A stretch of DNA of 64,000 nt from an uncultured Actinomycetes bacterium. Lineage in GTDB: Bacteria > Actinomycetota > UBA4738 > JBBDTT01. The first letter of the stretch is position 1. Each line of letters begins with the position of its first letter. Below, piece by piece: positions 61,216 to 64,000 of this stretch. Below the pieces are notes generated by a model. The model was not told the origin of the DNA. It ran no database searches and saw nothing but the letters and a program-made list of their open reading frames with translations. The stretch lies in contig CAVUMN010000004.1 of the NCBI GenBank assembly GCA_963742735.1, positions 1,408,001 to 1,472,000 of the forward strand. The letters run 5' to 3'. The position numbers and the translations under genes are program-made.

Positions 61216-64000
61216 TTGTCGAAGGTGCGCAGACGCCGCCTGGCCCTTCTGTCCGGCATCGTGGTTCTGGCGCTGATCGGCGTCGGCCTTTTCGTGTTCC
61301 TCGGCGGCGACGCCTCGGCGAAGCAGTTCGCGACGCTCACCGTCCTGGAAGGCCAGGTCGAGGTGGCCGAGGACGGGGGAGACTTCGGGCCTGCCCGCGA
61401 CGGCCAGCCCCTGTCCCAGGGCGACGTGGTTCGCACGGGCGACGACGGCCGCGCCGAGATCGAGTACTTCGAGGGTTCGCTCACCCGGCTGGACTTCGAC
61501 ACGGAGTTCGAGCTCGAGGAGCTCGCCACCCTCGACGGGACGAGCACGCGGATCGTCGGGAACAAGACCAAGGGCCAGACCTGGAATCGCGTCACCAAGC
61601 TCGCCGACGCGGACAGTCGCTTCGAGATCAAGACCCCGAATGCGACGGCCGCGGTCCGGGGCACGCTGTTCCTCACGCGGTGCGACCCGACCGGCTGCAC
61701 GTTCGTCTCGCTCGAAGAGGCCATCGAGGTCTGCGTCGACGAGGAGTGCGTGACGTTGAACCCGTTCGACGTCGTGTTCGTCTCGGCCGACGGGGAGATC
61801 GGCCCGGTGACCCAGACGACCGAGGCGGAGCTCGCCGAGCTCGAGTGGGTCGTCTACAACCAGTGCGAGCTGGGGGATCGGGCGTTCCTCGTCGTCTTCG
61901 TCCTGTGTCCACCCGAGGAGCCGCCGACGCCGGAGCCGACGCCGCTGCCGGAACCGAGTCCCACCCCGACCGAGACGCCGGACGAGGGCGACGGCGTCAC
62001 CCCGCCCGAGGGCGAGACCCCGGGTGACGAGGGGACACCCGACGGCGACGGCGACGGGGGCGGCGGCGGTCCGGGCCCGGTCACTCCGCCGGGCGACGAC
62101 GATGCTCCCGCGCCGCCGGTGATCCTGGAGCCGGACCCCGGCGACACCGTGACGGGCAACCCGGTGACGATCCAGGGCCTGGCCGAGTCGGGCTCGACCG
62201 TTGGTGTCCTCGAGGGCTCCGAGCTGCTCGGGGTGACCCCGGTCAACTCGCCGTGGCAGATCGACCTTCGCTTCGCGCCGGGGACGCACACGATCCGGGC
62301 GACGGCGACCGACGCCGCGGGGAACCGCAGCAAGCCGAGCGACCCCGTGACCTTCGTCCTGGAGCTGATGCAGCCGCCGCCTCCACCGCCACCTTCAGCG
62401 GACCTCGCGGTGGAGAAGTCCGGACCCTCGTCGATCTTCGACGACGAGATCGCGAACTACGTCGTCACCGTGACCAACCGCGGCCCGGACGTCGCCGCCG
62501 ACGTCGTCCTCACCGACCGGGTCGAGGGCGGCCGCACCGAGAGCTTTGCGGGACCCGGCGACTGCACCCTCTCCGACTCGGAGCGGCGCGTGGTGTGTCG
62601 CCTCGGCGATCTCGAGCCCGGTGAGTCCGTGGGCCTCGGGGTGGACGTCGCCCCGGGTCCGCTCGCGGGCTCCATCGTCAACACCGCGTCGGTGGACTCC
62701 GACACGGACGACCCGCGGACGGGCAACTCGTCGGCGACCGCGGTCACGAGCATCACCCGTCGCGCGGCCAACCTGTCGCTGGTCAAGACCGGGCCGGCCT
62801 CAGCGGACGAGGGGGACTCGGTCGTCCATACGCTGACCGTGTCGAACGCGGGTCCCGACGACGCGATCGGCGTCACCACCACCGACACCGTCACGGGCGG
62901 CACGGTTTCCTCCGTCTCGGATCCCGCGGGTACGAGCTGTACCTTCGCCGGCTCGCAGGTCGACTGCTTCACCGCGGTCCTTCCCTCGGGGACGCAGGCG
63001 GTCATCCAGGTGACCGTCATGCCCAACGAGGGCGTTGCCGTCGTGCGCGACTCGGCCGTGACGTCGTCGGAGACCCTCGACCCGAACGAGGCGAACAACG
63101 ACGACACGTTCACCACCGCGATCATCCCCGACGTCGCGAACCTCTCCATCCAGAAGACCGGTCCGAGCACCATCGACGCGGATGGGGTGGCGGTGTACAC
63201 GATCACCGTCACCAACAACGGTCCGGCGGCCGCGGAGAACCTGGTGGTGGAAGACGTGGTCTCCGGCGGATTCATCGTGGGGATGTCCTCGGCGTCCGCG
63301 GGCGTCGACTGCCCGGACTTCGAGACCACCGGCGGAGGGCCCAGCTCCGAGACCTGCACGCTGGCCTCGCTCGGCGTGGGGCAGTCCATCCACATCCAGG
63401 TCGAGGTGCAACACGACGGCTCGTCGTCCTCGATCGTCGACTCCGCCACCGCGTCCGCGGACAACGCCGAGCCGAAGTCCGACGGCGCGACGACCAACGT
63501 GGACTTCCCCGCCCCGGATCTGTCCATCAACAAGTCCGGCCCGAACGCCATCGAGTCGGGAGACGAGGCGACCTACACCATCACGGTGAGCAACGACGGG
63601 GACGCGGCGGCGACCAACGTCGTGGTGACCGACACCGTGCAGTTCGGTGGGTTCATCGACTCGATGTTCTCCGAGTCGCCGGGTGTGGACTGTCCCGGCG
63701 GAGGCGACGAGGTCACGGCCGCGTTCGATCAGGCGGCCTGCACCATGGAGTCGCTCGATCCCGGCGAGACGATCGAGATCGAGGTCGAGGTCGATCACGA
63801 CGGCGAGTCGCCGGCGATCCTGAACACGGCGAACGCCTCGGCCGACAACGCGCAATCGGTCTTCGACGGCAAGGTCACTCAGGTGAACGAACCGGCCGGA
63901 GCAGACCTCGAGGTGACCAAGACGGGGGACACCCTCATCGGAGAGTTCGACGACGCGGAGTACACCGTGACGGTTACGAACAACGGACCCGAGACGGCGA
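61216..64000 (+). CDS. second exported FecR-domain protein with Ig domain and DUF11 repeats; runs off the window (absent from ORF track)
   Basis: AAGGAG RBS and TTG start; LSKVRRRRLALL...DASAKQFATL, GDVVRTG, IKTPNATAAVRGT; repeats of DLxVxKxGP...VTNxGP. Confidence 0.85.
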   Translation, partial: MSKVRRRRLALLSGIVVLALIGVGLFVFLGGDASAKQFATLTVLEGQVEVAEDGGDFGPARDGQPLSQGDVVRTGDDGRAEIEYFEGSLTRLDFDTEFELEELATLDGTSTRIVGNKTKGQTWNRVTKLADADSRFEIKTPNATAAVRGTLFLTRCDPTGCTFVSLEEAIEVCVDEECVTLNPFDVVFVSADGEIGPVTQTTEAELAELEWVVYNQCELGDRAFLVVFVLCPPEEPPTPEPTPLPEPSPTPTETPDEGDGVTPPEGETPGDEGTPDGDGDGGGGGPGPVTPPGDDDAPAPPVILEPDPGDTVTGNPVTIQGLAESGSTVGVLEGSELLGVTPVNSPWQIDLRFAPGTHTIRATATDAAGNRSKPSDPVTFVLELMQPPPPPPPSADLAVEKSGPSSIFDDEIANYVVTVTNRGPDVAADVVLTDRVEGGRTESFAGPGDCTLSDSERRVVCRLGDLEPGESVGLGVDVAPGPLAGSIVNTASVDSDTDDPRTGNSSATAVTSITRRAANLSLVKTGPASADEGDSVVHTLTVSNAGPDDAIGVTTTDTVTGGTVSSVSDPAGTSCTFAGSQVDCFTAVLPSGTQAVIQVTVMPNEGVAVVRDSAVTSSETLDPNEANNDDTFTTAIIPDVANLSIQKTGPSTIDADGVAVYTITVTNNGPAAAENLVVEDVVSGGFIVGMSSASAGVDCPDFETTGGGPSSETCTLASLGVGQSIHIQVEVQHDGSSSSIVDSATASADNAEPKSDGATTNVDFPAPDLSINKSGPNAIESGDEATYTITVSNDGDAAATNVVVTDTVQFGGFIDSMFSESPGVDCPGGGDEVTAAFDQAACTMESLDPGETIEIEVEVDHDGESPAILNTANASADNAQSVFDGKVTQVNEPAGADLEVTKTGDTLIGEFDDAEYTVTVTNNGPETA

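Overview
High-GC Actinomycetota chromosomal segment, probably from a deep-branching lineage (inferred from a retained prfB programmed frameshift and no mtrA-mtrB-lpqB at its usual site). Many apparent indels break otherwise intact and essential genes (secA, prfB, fbiA, rmlA), consistent with an unpolished long-read sequence. Content in order: fatty-acyl-CoA catabolism genes interrupted by a lipoprotein and a phage-like Pol-beta nucleotidyltransferase; two ECF sigma/anti-sigma pairs with visible promoters; an LCP/rml/Wzm-Wzt cell-wall glycopolymer cluster; F420 genes (fbiB, fbiA, fbiC) split by a secreted GH31 and a hydrolase-cyclase; whiB plus a histone-like repeat protein; the conserved GT2-DUF5719-DUF3499-manB-ahcY-comF-raiA-secA backbone, including a raiA-motif ncRNA; prfB; and two tandem giant FecR-tipped Ig-repeat surface proteins behind a CRP-like site. 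Best leads: an orphan structured sRNA with repeated CTTAGGTAAC palindromes beside three small Zn-finger genes (40.3-41.4 kb), the FecR-tipped adhesin pair, the stand-alone phage-type nucleotidyltransferase, and a duplicated GTAAACC-N17-CTGTC ECF promoter. All family assignments are by motif recognition; no database searches were run.
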